64,000 bases of DNA from an uncultured Phycisphaeraceae bacterium (GTDB lineage: Bacteria > Planctomycetota > Phycisphaerae > Phycisphaerales > Phycisphaeraceae): positions 127,977 to 191,976 of the forward strand of contig CAZCWM010000004.1 of NCBI GenBank assembly GCA_964502445.1. Direction: 5' to 3'. This document shows, piece by piece, positions 1 through 9,321 of this stretch. Positions within the stretch are counted from its first letter, which is position 1, and every line of letters starts with the position of its first letter. The translations under genes and the position numbers were made by a program. A model generated the notes under the pieces. That model was not told the DNA's origin. It did not search any database and saw only the letters and a program-made list of their open reading frames with translations.

Positions 1-1754
1 TGAGCGACGGTCACGACACGCAGGCGGGCGCGTTGAGCCTCGCAGCGGCCGTGGCGCGGCAGGCGGGCGTGCGGGTATGGACGGTCGCGCTGGGGCGGAC
101 GGATTCCCGCCCGCGCCTTCGCATCGATCAGCTCACGACGCCGACGTTACTGCGGACCGGCGAGCGAGGCGTGCTTGAGCTTGATGTGCGGCGGACCGCG
201 TCGTGCCCTGAGGAGCTGACGCTGCTCATCACCACGTCGTCGGCCGATCACGCGGGTTCGCACCGTTGGGTCGGCCGTTTCGACGCGGGCCTGACGCGGG
301 CGCGGTGGCAGGTTCCCATCGGGCCGTTCAACGCTGGCGGCGAGTGGGAAGTGCGCATCGAAATGGATGACGCGGCGGCAGGTGAAGCGGCGACTTCGCC
401 GGTGCAGCTTGCAGGTGGTCCGGTGGTCCTGTTTCTGCCGGTGGCGTGCGATCCCCTGAACATCCTTTGGCTGCAGGGCGAGGTGGATTGGGATAGTCGA
501 TTCGCCGCCATGGCGATGGCCGGTCGGTCGGACCTGCGTCTTTCGGTGATGAGCGTCCTGGGCGAGGGGCGTGGCGAGGCGGCATCGGCCGCACGCGCGT
601 CGGATGTGGACGTGCTGGTGCTGGGGCGCCGATCGGCCGGCCTCTTGTCCCAGGCCGCGTGGGCGGCCGTGCGCCGGCGGATCGACAGCGGGGTGTTGTC
701 GGTGCTCGTTCTGGACGTCGACGCGGCGAGGGCGCTGCGCGTGGGTGGACGGGTCGTGAATGATGCGGCGGATCGCGATGGCGAGGCGGCGACGTCATCG
801 GCGATGGTCTGGACACCCGCCGGTCGGCGGCACCCGCTGGGCGTCGCGCTGGAGCAGCGCTTTGCGCAGCTTGTGGATCGGCTGCCGGTTGGCGTGGATC
901 GTGCGGCGGCAGCGGCGTACGGGGGCATCGTCCTGGCGCGTCGGGGGCAGCGGCCGGTTCTGGTTGAGCATGCCGTGGGACGGGGGCGCGTCCTGGTGTT
1001 ATCGGCGTCCGAGTTGTGGCGGTGGCGTTTCCCGCAGGGCGGGGAGGCGGGTGAAGATGCATTCGACCACGCGCATGCGGACCCGCGTGGCGCGTTTTTC
1101 GAGGCGTTCTGGGCAGGCCTGCTGCTGTATGCGGGCGCGGGCGAGCGATTCGACGCCAGCGCTGATGTAGCCATCGAGCTGGATCACCCGGTGGTCCGTA
1201 TGGGCGAGAGGGTGGCGGTTGAGGTCAGGCGTCGGGACGCGGCGGCAGACGAGCGGGTCGAATTGACCTGGCGGCAACCCAGCGGCGCCCGGCATCGCGT
1301 GGACCTGTCGCCCGGCGAGGAGGCGGATGCAATGCCGCCGGTGCGCCGCTTGACCGGCGTGCTGCGGCCGACGGAGCCGGGAGTGCATGTGCTGACCGCC
1401 CGCATCGCCGATCAGCCCGCCGAGGCCGCGGTCCGGCGCCTGGCGGTTCGCGATGATGACCTGGAGGACTTTGACGTCTCGGCCCGTTCGGAAGTTTTGG
1501 CGCAGCTTGCGGCCGACACGGGCGGCGACAGGCTGTTTGTGGAAGGCGGCGGGTCGGCGGCGGGGCCATCGGCATGGGGCCAGGCGCTGGTGCGGCAGGT
1601 GAGCATTGTCGGCGGCCGGCCGCTGCTGATGCGGGGGTGGGTGCTGGGCCTGTGGTGTGTCGTGGTGATCGGCGGCTGGATGATCGACGGCCAAGCCGGG
1701 TGGCGCGCCGGGTCGATGGACGCGAAATCGCGGGGTGGAAGGGGGCCGACATGA
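1..1754 (+). CDS. Membrane protein of a BatA/vWA-type cluster, C-terminal part (5' end lies outside the window)
   Basis: The frame is open from nt 3 to the window edge. The first visible residues (AGVRVWTVALG) look like the end of a vWA fold. The C-terminus has one hydrophobic TM segment (LLMRGWVLGLWCVVVIGGWMI). Its stop overlaps the next start (ATGA), and a DUF4159 gene lies downstream as in aerotolerance-like clusters. The function is inferred from context only. Confidence 0.45.
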   Translation, partial: SDGHDTQAGALSLAAAVARQAGVRVWTVALGRTDSRPRLRIDQLTTPTLLRTGERGVLELDVRRTASCPEELTLLITTSSADHAGSHRWVGRFDAGLTRARWQVPIGPFNAGGEWEVRIEMDDAAAGEAATSPVQLAGGPVVLFLPVACDPLNILWLQGEVDWDSRFAAMAMAGRSDLRLSVMSVLGEGRGEAASAARASDVDVLVLGRRSAGLLSQAAWAAVRRRIDSGVLSVLVLDVDAARALRVGGRVVNDAADRDGEAATSSAMVWTPAGRRHPLGVALEQRFAQLVDRLPVGVDRAAAAAYGGIVLARRGQRPVLVEHAVGRGRVLVLSASELWRWRFPQGGEAGEDAFDHAHADPRGAFFEAFWAGLLLYAGAGERFDASADVAIELDHPVVRMGERVAVEVRRRDAAADERVELTWRQPSGARHRVDLSPGEEADAMPPVRRLTGVLRPTEPGVHVLTARIADQPAEAAVRRLAVRDDDLEDFDVSARSEVLAQLAADTGGDRLFVEGGGSAAGPSAWGQALVRQVSIVGGRPLLMRGWVLGLWCVVVIGGWMIDGQAGWRAGSMDAKSRGGRGPT

Positions 1755-3298
1755 GCAAGCCCCTCGCGTCATGGCCGGCATGGTTCGCGCACGTCGAGCG
1801 GATCGAGCGGCGGCGGCGCCGGCGTCGTCGACTCGGCCTGGGGATGGGCGGCATGGCGGGGATTCTGCTGGCGGGGATCGTGATCGACGGTTACTGGCCG
1901 CTGCCGATGGCGGGCTTATTGCTGGTCGACGCGGCGCTGCTGGCGGTGGGGGCGGGCATGCTCGCGGCCATGCGTCGACCCAGGCTGGATCGGTGGCGGC
2001 GGGCACGGCGGATCGAGCAAAGTCTTGGTTGCATGGACCAGACCTTGAGCAATGCGGTGGCCCTGGCCGACGACGCGGAGGCGGGCCGCGGGGCTGTCAG
2101 CGGGGCGCTGCGGGATCGGGTGAACAGGCGGGCTGATGCGATGGTGGGTGGCTTGGCCCCGGCGCGATGGGCCGGCGGTTCGCGGGGCGTGTGGGCGATG
2201 GCCTGGAGTGCGGCGGCGCTTGGCGTTGCGCTGGGCGTCTGGGCGTGGCGGCTGGACATGGCGGGCGCCGCGCTGGCGCGGCTGGCGCGGCCGTGGGCGG
2301 CGTTGCCGCCGTACGCGGTGACGCAGGTGGAGCTGGTCGTGGACGGCGCGACGCCGCTGGAAGGTTCACGGGTGCGGGTGACGGCCCGTGTGCGGCCGGC
2401 GGCGGTCGAGGCGGCGATGCTGTTGATCGAGGAGGAGGGTCAGCGCACGGACATGCGGCCGATGTCGCGGCGGGCCAGTGGGCAGAGCACCGGCGGCGAC
2501 GGGAACGCGGCGATGTTTGACGCCCGCGTGGCGGTGGGCCGCAGAGCGATGCGCCTTGCGGTGGCGGCGGGAGATGGCCGCAGCCGCTGGGTGCGCCTGG
2601 AACCGGTGGCGGTGCCGCGTCCGGCGCGCCTGCTTGGGCGCGTGCAGCCGCCGGTGGGGATGGGGCTGCCCGCCCGGCTTCTGGCGCTGGGCGAAGCACC
2701 CGCGCCCGCGCCGCCGGACTCGGTGGTGGCTGTGACGATGATCGCGGATCTGCCGCTGGCGGGCGGGACGGCCCAGTGGCGGGACGAGGCGGGCGTGACC
2801 GAGGCGATCGCGCTGACGCCGGACGGCATGGGCGGGCTCGCGGGTCAGTTTGTCGTGGCGCGATCGGGTCGCCTGCGTGTGGAGGCATGGGATTCGCGGG
2901 GTGTGCGTATGACGCCGGGCGTGGAGGCGGTGATCACGGCGGTGGCGCCGGGTAAGCTTGCGGAGGCCGATGGCCGCGTGAACCGCGAGACAGGTGGGGC
3001 GGACGGGTCGACTGGCGCGGGCGGGGGGTCGGGCGGAGGGCGGGCCCCGGCGGCGGGGTCGTGGGAGGATGAGCAGACGCTGGCGACGGTGGGGCAGGCG
3101 GGCGTGTTCATCGGCGGGAGTGGTGGGGCCAGTCGGTCAGCGGACGATGGGGGGGCGCCTGGGGGCCCAGCGTCGGCAGCGCCCCTAAAGTATCGGGACG
3201 CGGTGGCGGCGTATGCATCGTGGGCCTCGGGTTTGGCTTGGTCGCGGGACGGGGATCAGACGGCGAAGCAGGAGCAGGAACGTGAGCGGACTCCGTGA
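1751..3298 (+). CDS. Hypothetical membrane protein (Arg-rich head plus two TM helices, large Ala/Gly-rich ectodomain)
   Basis: ATG 1751 overlaps the upstream stop (ATGA). The translation MSKPLASWPAWFAHVERIERRRRRRRRLGLGMGGMAGILLAGIVIDGYWPLPMAGLLLVDAALLAVGAGMLAAM shows a cytoplasmic poly-Arg stretch followed by two hydrophobic helices. I recognise no catalytic motif. The 1574 start in the ORF track overlaps the upstream gene and is unlikely. Confidence 0.5.
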   Translation: MSKPLASWPAWFAHVERIERRRRRRRRLGLGMGGMAGILLAGIVIDGYWPLPMAGLLLVDAALLAVGAGMLAAMRRPRLDRWRRARRIEQSLGCMDQTLSNAVALADDAEAGRGAVSGALRDRVNRRADAMVGGLAPARWAGGSRGVWAMAWSAAALGVALGVWAWRLDMAGAALARLARPWAALPPYAVTQVELVVDGATPLEGSRVRVTARVRPAAVEAAMLLIEEEGQRTDMRPMSRRASGQSTGGDGNAAMFDARVAVGRRAMRLAVAAGDGRSRWVRLEPVAVPRPARLLGRVQPPVGMGLPARLLALGEAPAPAPPDSVVAVTMIADLPLAGGTAQWRDEAGVTEAIALTPDGMGGLAGQFVVARSGRLRVEAWDSRGVRMTPGVEAVITAVAPGKLAEADGRVNRETGGADGSTGAGGGSGGGRAPAAGSWEDEQTLATVGQAGVFIGGSGGASRSADDGGAPGGPASAAPLKYRDAVAAYASWASGLAWSRDGDQTAKQEQERERTP

Positions 3299-4139
3299 TG
3301 GTTGGCTGCGTGCGGGCGTTTGGGTGGTGATGCTGACGGCCATGACCTTGGCCGCGGGTCGTGCGGCGGCGCGCAGCGAAGGTGAGGCGGCGGAGGTCGC
3401 AGCGGCGGGCGTTGCGGAAATGACATCGGACGAGCCGGCGCCGACGACCCAGCCGGCGTTGGCCGTCGCCCTGTGGCGATGCGAATTGGCGACGACGGGC
3501 CAGTGTTTTTCGGGCGGGTTTCTGGCCGATGCACGGCGGCGAGGCGGCGTGCATGTGGCCCCGGTGTTCACCGACGTGCGTCTGGGCGAGGCGGAGGTGT
3601 TCGACCATCCGCTGGCGGTGCTGTCCGGTGATAGCCCGCTGTTGCTGACCGAGACCGAGACGCTGCATCTGCGGCAGTTCATCGAGGCGGGCGGGTGCCT
3701 GATCGCGTCGGCCAACTGCACCAGCGAGGCTTTCGACGCGAGCTTTCGCGGGCTGATCGGCGCGCTCTGGCCGCGGGCGGCGTTGACCCGGCTGGGGCCC
3801 GATCACCCGGTCTTTCACGGCGTCTATGAAATCGACGGCCTGCGCGGGCAGAAGGTGGGCGGGGATCCGCACCTGCTGGGCCTGGAGCTTGGAGGGCGGC
3901 TGGCGGTGCTGTACGCGCCCAACGGCCTGAACGCGACGGGTGAGCTTGGCCGCGAGTGCTGCTGCTGCGGGGGCGACGAACTGGCCAACGCCCGGCCGGT
4001 GCTGGTGAACACGCTGGTATGGGTGCTGACCGGGGAGGGCGCGGCCGTGGGAACCGATGGATCAGCCGTCGCGCCGTCCGCTGACGAATCCGGCGATGAG
4101 CGCGTTCACGAGGATGCCGGTCAGGTCGCGGCCCCATGA
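3282..4139 (+). CDS. DUF4159 domain-containing protein
   Basis: The blocks DHPLAVLSGDSPLLLTETETLHLRQFIEAGGCLIA and GGRLAVLYAPNGL match the DUF4159 family as I remember it. The N-terminus is signal-like (WLRAGVWVVMLTAMTLAAGRAAA). The start is ambiguous between GTG 3282 and ATG 3330. Confidence 0.6.
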   Translation: MSGLRDGWLRAGVWVVMLTAMTLAAGRAAARSEGEAAEVAAAGVAEMTSDEPAPTTQPALAVALWRCELATTGQCFSGGFLADARRRGGVHVAPVFTDVRLGEAEVFDHPLAVLSGDSPLLLTETETLHLRQFIEAGGCLIASANCTSEAFDASFRGLIGALWPRAALTRLGPDHPVFHGVYEIDGLRGQKVGGDPHLLGLELGGRLAVLYAPNGLNATGELGRECCCCGGDELANARPVLVNTLVWVLTGEGAAVGTDGSAVAPSADESGDERVHEDAGQVAAP

Positions 4140-4348
4140 GGCGGCCCGGCCCGGCGTGACGTTCCAAGGCGCGGACGCATCCGTTGCCGGTTCGCGGCGA
4201 AGGTATTTGCTTGCGGGGCCGCAGGGGATGCGGTAACGTGGGTTGGTCGACGGTTGCGCGTCTCGATTCCAGAGGCGCCTCGTCGATGTGTTCGGCCGAC
4301 GGCGCTGACGCGGAACATTCCAGGGGCTCGAGCAAGGGAGTGCTCGAT

Positions 4349-4573
4349 ATGCAAGCGCTTGAACGGAATCGGCTGCAGAGCTTTCTTTACGCGCGTGATG
4401 TGACCGAGCGCAGCCTTCTGTTGATGTACTACGCCGACCAGTTGACGCCCCAGGAGATCAGCCTGGTGATGGACCTGCCTTTGGGCGAGGTGGTGCGTCG
4501 CCTGGCGTCGCTGATCGCCGCCGCCCGCGCGGCCCTGACGGATGCGACGGGTGACGAGGTGCTGGTGGCGTGA
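4349..4573 (+). CDS. Stand-alone sigma-70 region-4-like HTH mini-protein (74 aa)
   Basis: ATG 4349 is preceded by a GGGAG RBS at 4336-4340. The segment LLLMYYADQLTPQEISLVMDLPLGEVVRRLASL resembles sigma-70/ECF region 4.2. No region 2 is present in the upstream in-frame sequence. Confidence 0.5.
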   Translation: MQALERNRLQSFLYARDVTERSLLLMYYADQLTPQEISLVMDLPLGEVVRRLASLIAAARAALTDATGDEVLVA

Positions 4574-4748
4574 GGGCGCGGGCGGGGTCGTCGATCGCCC
4601 GGGCTGCGGTCGGTCTTCTTTGACGCCCATGCAAACGATATCGGGACGCTGTCGGCGGCAGTTGCGGTCGCCGCGGTGGTGGCGTACAAGACGCACGAGC
4701 GGCGCGGCGTGGGCGTTGCGGCGTCTGCTTTGGCGAGGACGTACGACC

Positions 4749-5420
4749 ATGTCCAAGTGTGCGACACCGACGACAAAGACGGCCTCTCTTTGCGCGATGG
4801 AGGAGAGCGGGCTGGTGGCGATCATCCGTGCGGACAGCGGCGAGGCGCTGTTGAAGATCTTCCGGGCTCTGCATGAAGGCGGCGTCGTCGTAAGCGAGGT
4901 GACGATGACCACGCCCGGCGCGCTCGAGTCGATCGCCGAAGCCCGCAAGCTGCTGGGCACAGACGCGGTGATCGGGGCGGGCTCGATCCTCGACAGCGAG
5001 ACGTGCCGCGCGGCCATCGACGCGGGGGCGTCGTTCATCGTTTCTCCCATCACCGACCTGGGCGTGATCCGCACGGCCCAGCGTTACGGACGACCGGTCA
5101 TACCCGGGGCGCTGACGCCGACGGAGGTCATGACCGCCTTCCAGCATGGGGCCGACCTGGTGAAGATCTTTCCGGCCAACCATTTCGGGCCCAGATACAT
5201 CAGCGATCTGCTGGCTCCGATGCCGCAGCTTCGGCTGATTCCAACGGGCGGCGTGAAGCTCGACAACATCCATGAATGGATCGGCGCTGGCGCGGCCGCG
5301 CTGGGCGTGGGTACGTCGCTGGTGCGCAAAGACCTGATCGCGGCCGGTGACTTCAAGGGTCTGGCGGAACTTGCGAGCCAATACGTCGCGGCGGTGCGTA
5401 AGGCCCGCGAGGCAAGCTGA
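4749..5420 (+). CDS. eda: 2-dehydro-3-deoxyphosphogluconate / 4-hydroxy-2-oxoglutarate aldolase
   Basis: The translation GLVAIIRADSGEALLKIFRALHEGGVVVSEVTMTTPGALESI...FIVSPITD...IPGALTPTEVMTAFQHGADLVKIFPA...LIPTGGV is typical of the KDPG aldolase family, including the active-site Lys context VKIFPA. The start is ATG 4749, with 4797 possible. Confidence 0.85.
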   Translation: MSKCATPTTKTASLCAMEESGLVAIIRADSGEALLKIFRALHEGGVVVSEVTMTTPGALESIAEARKLLGTDAVIGAGSILDSETCRAAIDAGASFIVSPITDLGVIRTAQRYGRPVIPGALTPTEVMTAFQHGADLVKIFPANHFGPRYISDLLAPMPQLRLIPTGGVKLDNIHEWIGAGAAALGVGTSLVRKDLIAAGDFKGLAELASQYVAAVRKAREAS

Positions 5421-5515
5421 GGTTTCTCCGAGCCGGGCTCCGTGAGCCCGGACCGGCGACCCCATCGCCGGCTCGGAATGCAATGGACCGCTTTGACATG
5501 CTGTGACCTGCTGTC

Positions 5516-6886
5516 ATGCCCATCACACGCATCTGCATCACAGATCACGGGGCCGTCGCCGACGGCACGACGAACAGCGCGGCGGCCATTCAGGCGGCCA
5601 TCGACGTTTGCGCGGCTGGGGGCGGCGGGTATGTCGAGGTGCCGGCGGGGCGATTCCGCACGGGGCCGATCGATCTGGCCGACCACGTGCTGCTCGATCT
5701 TGCGCCCGGCGCGGAGCTTCTGGCCAGTGAGAATGTCGATGATTACGGCCCGCGCCGGGAAGGCTCGAAGATGGCCCCGCGCGGGTTGATCGTGGCCGAC
5801 GGCTGCACGGGCTGCGGTATCGTCGGCGAAGGCGTCATCGACGGGCGCGGATTGAGCTTCACCATTCCCGGCGCGTTCGGCATGGGCGGCGACTTCCATC
5901 TCCAGCGCACGCGGCAGGGCGAGGCGTACATGCGCGACGTGATGTTTCGCCCCGGTGATGGCCCGCTGGCCACGCGGCCGCGGCCGAGCGACATGATTCA
6001 CTTCCGCAACTGCCGCGACATCACACTCCGCGGTGTGACCTTGCGGGACAGCCCGTTCTGGACCGTTCACATCGCCGACACCGACGGGGCGATCTGCCGC
6101 GGTCTGCGGATCCGGGGCGAGCTGGCTGTGCCCAACAGCGACGGCATTCACGTGACGGTCAGCCGCAACGTGCTCGTCACCGGCTGCGACATTCGCGGGG
6201 GCGACGATCCGATCGCCGTCACCGGCTTCGGTGAGCGGGCCAACGTCTGCCGCAACGTCATCGTCAGCGACTGCGTGCTGACGACGCGCTCGTGCGGGGT
6301 GCGCGTCGGCTACGGGCAGCATGATGTTGAGGATTGCCTGTTCAGCAACCTCGTGATCCACGGCAACCGGGGACTCGGAGTCTTCGTGCGCGACGCCGGC
6401 TCCGTACGCAACGTGCGTTTCGAGAACATCGTGCTGCACACGGCGCTGACGCGCGGAAGCTGGTGGGGCCGGGGCGAGCCGATTCACGTCTCGGCGATCA
6501 CGCGCAACACCGACCAGCCGCTTGGCCGCGTCGAGAACGTGAGCTTTCGCGGGATCAGCGGCACGTGCGAGGCGGGCTGCGTGATCTACAGCGAGCCGGC
6601 CGGGCACGTGAGCGACGTCCGGCTCAGCGACGTCGATCTGCACCTGCGTGACAGCCCGCTGAACGCGGCCATCGGCGGCAACCTGGACCTGCGCCCAGTG
6701 CTGGATCCCGGCCGGGCCGTTTTCGCCCACGACCTGCCCGGTCTGCTTGCCGTCGGCGCGCGGGACCTGCGACTGGACAACCTGCGCCTGACGCGCGATG
6801 CCGATGTGCCCGCCTGGGTCACGGAACCGATCGCGCTGCGGGATTGTCCGGACGCGGCGTTTCACGAGGTGACGCAGGCGTGGTGA
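5516..6886 (+). CDS. Glycoside hydrolase family 28-like (polygalacturonase / pectin lyase-fold) protein
   Basis: The N-terminus ITDHGAVADGTTNSAAAIQAAIDVCAAGGGGYVEVPAGRFRTGPI is typical of right-handed beta-helix glycosidases. NSDGIHV and GGDDPIAV correspond to the GH28 NTDG and G/DDC catalytic Asp motifs. Confidence 0.75.
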   Translation: MPITRICITDHGAVADGTTNSAAAIQAAIDVCAAGGGGYVEVPAGRFRTGPIDLADHVLLDLAPGAELLASENVDDYGPRREGSKMAPRGLIVADGCTGCGIVGEGVIDGRGLSFTIPGAFGMGGDFHLQRTRQGEAYMRDVMFRPGDGPLATRPRPSDMIHFRNCRDITLRGVTLRDSPFWTVHIADTDGAICRGLRIRGELAVPNSDGIHVTVSRNVLVTGCDIRGGDDPIAVTGFGERANVCRNVIVSDCVLTTRSCGVRVGYGQHDVEDCLFSNLVIHGNRGLGVFVRDAGSVRNVRFENIVLHTALTRGSWWGRGEPIHVSAITRNTDQPLGRVENVSFRGISGTCEAGCVIYSEPAGHVSDVRLSDVDLHLRDSPLNAAIGGNLDLRPVLDPGRAVFAHDLPGLLAVGARDLRLDNLRLTRDADVPAWVTEPIALRDCPDAAFHEVTQAW

Positions 6887-7006
6887 ATCGGAGCGCGGCG
6901 CCAGGTTGGGAGTGACGCCGCAAACGATCATCGGAAAGCGAAATCTCCTTGTCCGGCCCTGAAGGGCTCGGCGTGGGGAGGCGACGTGGCGGCACCACAC
7001 GGGACG

Positions 7007-7579
7007 TCACTTGTCTTCGTAGCTGAATTTCTGTCCGCCGACGGAAGCTTCATACATGAGGCCGCCTTTGGCCATGGTGAAGACGAGCACGCCGCTCTCG
7101 TAGTCGGCGTCGGCCGAAGCGCCGGCCGTCGCCGCCACGGCCGAGGCCTGGGCGGCCAGCGCGAAGTCGCCGGACTTGAAGGCGTCGAAGGCGGCGGCGT
7201 TCTTGAAGAAGATCACTTCGCTGTACGCCTGGCCGCCGAGCTGCAGGCCGATGGTGCCCTGCGACAGGCTGCAGTAGCCGACCATGCGGCCGTTGCGGTA
7301 AACCTCGCCGCGGCCGAACGCGCCGCCGATCCCGGCCGCCCCCTTGCCGACGCTGGGGAAAAGGGCGTAGGCATACTCGTTGTCGAAGAGCGTGCGCATG
7401 CTCGGGTCGGCTTCGAGGAAGGCGGCGCGGGCTTCGTTGACGGCCTGGTGCAGGTCGTCGCGGGCGCCCGGCGTCTTCGGGGCTGTCGAGCAGCCCGCCA
7501 GACTCACGGCAACCAGCAGCGCGAGGCTCAGCCGCACCGTGGCGGAGCGATGGGCAAGGCATGAAGCGTCATGCGGCAT
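7007..7579 (-). CDS. SYLF (Ysc84/DUF500) domain lipoprotein
   Basis: ATG 7579 has a GGAGA RBS. There is a lipobox (LAGCS) after a hydrophobic leader. The core YALFPSVGKGAAGIGGAFGRGEVY...GLQLGGQAYSEVIFFKN...KSGDFALAAQASAVAA matches the SYLF lipid-binding domain pattern. Confidence 0.75.
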   Translation of the reverse strand: MPHDASCLAHRSATVRLSLALLVAVSLAGCSTAPKTPGARDDLHQAVNEARAAFLEADPSMRTLFDNEYAYALFPSVGKGAAGIGGAFGRGEVYRNGRMVGYCSLSQGTIGLQLGGQAYSEVIFFKNAAAFDAFKSGDFALAAQASAVAATAGASADADYESGVLVFTMAKGGLMYEASVGGQKFSYEDK

Positions 7580-7668
7580 GATGTTCTCCAGCAGAGGGTG
7601 AAGGGGACTATCCAGATCGACGTTCAATTCGCAGGGAGCTGGACCGGCCAGTTGCTAAAATCATAGGG

Positions 7669-9045
7669 GTGTCGGCCCCACACTCCAATCCGGCGGCGAA
7701 CAACCGGCGTCGCGCTCGGCGCGGGGTGCCGGGCTGGCTGCTGATCTCAGCGTTGGGGCTGGCGGCGGCGGTTTCGACGGGTCGGGCGGATGTGCTCGAA
7801 CTGCACGACGGGGCCCGCTATGAAGGCCGTGTCATCGAGCGTGACGACGAAGTCGTTGTATTTGAGATCAACATCGGTGCGGTGCGTCTGGCGAGGCGAT
7901 TCAACATCGCGCAGGTGCGATCGCTTCAGGTCGATGGCGCCGCGGCCGGCCACGGCGCCGGGCCACCTGCTCTGGCTGCGTTCGATGCCTCCGCGGCCGG
8001 TCCGGCTGACGTTGCCACGTCCACGCCGACCTACCTGCGCATTCCGTTGCACGGGGAGTTCGGCGCGGCGATCGACGGGCCGACGCTGGGGGCCTGCCTC
8101 GACCACGCCCGGCAGGTGGGCCCCGACGTGGTCGTGCTCGACATCGACAGCCCCGGCGGCGCGCTCGAGACGCTGGTGGACGTGGCCGAACGTCTGGGCC
8201 GCTTCAGCCGCGATACGTCGATCCCGCTGATCGCCTTCGTGAACAACGACGCTCTTTCGGCCGCGGCGCTGACCACGATGTCCGTGCCGACGATCTACGT
8301 CACGCCTGATGCGTCGCTGGGCGCGGCGCTGGTGATCAACGTCGGACCAGGCGGAGCCGTTTCGTCCGTGGCCGCGGGCGGCGACGTGGCGGAGAAGTTC
8401 CTGTCGGTCTTCCGCGCCCGGGTACGCGGCTGGGTGCAGCAGGCCGGCCACGACCCGCTGCTGTCCGAGGCGATGATCGACCCGAGCGTGGAGCTGGCGC
8501 TGGTCCACGGGCCCGACGGCGAGCCGCGCGTGCTGCGCGGGCCGATCGAGGCGCGCGACCTGCCGCCCGGCGATCTGCCCGAGTCGATCGTCGCCAGCGG
8601 CCGCCTTCTCACGCTCACGGCTCTTGAAGCCCAGCGCGTCGGTCTGGCCGACGGGGTGGTGGCCAACCTCGACGAACTGGGCCAGGCGCTGGGCTGTCCC
8701 GACTGGCGGCCGATCGATGATGAGGCGGCGCGGCTCATGGCCGAGCGCGCCGATCTGGTCGCTCGCGTGCAGGCTGACTATGAACGTTCGGCCAGGGGGC
8801 TGCTTACCACCTTCGGGCAACTGACCGACGGGTCGGCCGCGCAGTTGGGCGACTTTGAGCGCGGCATCACCGGTCTGCGCTCGCGCATCACGCGCATCGA
8901 GCGGCTCGTGGAGGAGCACCCCTTTCTGACGCCACGGGCCATGGCCGATTTTCCCAACGGGCTGGGCGGCCTGCGGCGTCAGTGCGACGAGGTTCTCGCC
9001 GACATCCGCCAGAAGCGGCGTGAATACATCCGGTCGCGTCAGTAG
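7669..9045 (+). CDS. NfeD/ClpP-class periplasmic serine protease-like protein
   Basis: GTG start followed by a signal peptide. The block VVVLDIDSPGGALETLVDVAERL...IPLIAFVNNDALSAAALTTMSVPTIYVTPDASLGAA resembles the NfeD/SppA ClpP-fold protease domain (SPGG ... SAA). Confidence 0.65.
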   Translation: MSAPHSNPAANNRRRARRGVPGWLLISALGLAAAVSTGRADVLELHDGARYEGRVIERDDEVVVFEINIGAVRLARRFNIAQVRSLQVDGAAAGHGAGPPALAAFDASAAGPADVATSTPTYLRIPLHGEFGAAIDGPTLGACLDHARQVGPDVVVLDIDSPGGALETLVDVAERLGRFSRDTSIPLIAFVNNDALSAAALTTMSVPTIYVTPDASLGAALVINVGPGGAVSSVAAGGDVAEKFLSVFRARVRGWVQQAGHDPLLSEAMIDPSVELALVHGPDGEPRVLRGPIEARDLPPGDLPESIVASGRLLTLTALEAQRVGLADGVVANLDELGQALGCPDWRPIDDEAARLMAERADLVARVQADYERSARGLLTTFGQLTDGSAAQLGDFERGITGLRSRITRIERLVEEHPFLTPRAMADFPNGLGGLRRQCDEVLADIRQKRREYIRSRQ

Positions 9046-9125
9046 AGCGGTGAAGCGAGCGTGAGCGGCGGCGCCTGCGATCGTCCGAACTACCGCGATC
9101 GCGTTAAGATCAGCGGCCGACATAC

Positions 9126-9199
9126 GGCCCTGTAGCCCAACTGGCAGAGGCAGGCGACTTAAAATCGCTCCAGTGCGGGTTCGACTCCCGCCAGGGCCA
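9126..9199 (+). tRNA. tRNA with anticodon UAA (nominally Leu) but a class-I body with a short 5-nt variable loop
   Basis: The cloverleaf was folded by eye. Acceptor stem GGCCCTG/CAGGGCC, U8, D arm GCC(C)...(A)GGC with GG in the loop, anticodon stem GGCGA/TCGCT, loop CTTAAAA (U33, anticodon TAA, A37). Variable loop CCAGT, T arm GCGGG-TTCGACT-CCCGC, discriminator A. No CCA is encoded. Confidence 0.8.
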
Positions 9200-9321
9200 T
9201 TGCGAGATCGCGACGACGGTGCGGGATGCGCCTGATCGCCAGGCCTGTTGCAGTTTGCCCCGGCGATCGTTCAAATGCCGCGATGCCTAACCGAGCCAGA
9301 CGTTCCGCACACACCACCGAC

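Noticed and set aside
1574-1750. Upstream extension of the 1751-3298 gene (track start at 1574)
   Set aside because: It would overlap the preceding gene by 180 nt. ATG 1751 forms a classic ATGA stop/start overlap and is followed immediately by the Arg-rich/TM architecture.
5084-7000. 638-aa ORF on the minus strand
   Set aside because: It is antisense to the GH28-like gene, which has clear family motifs. The translation is Arg/Ala/Gly/Pro/His-rich with no recognisable motif, a typical shadow ORF of a genome of roughly 70% GC.
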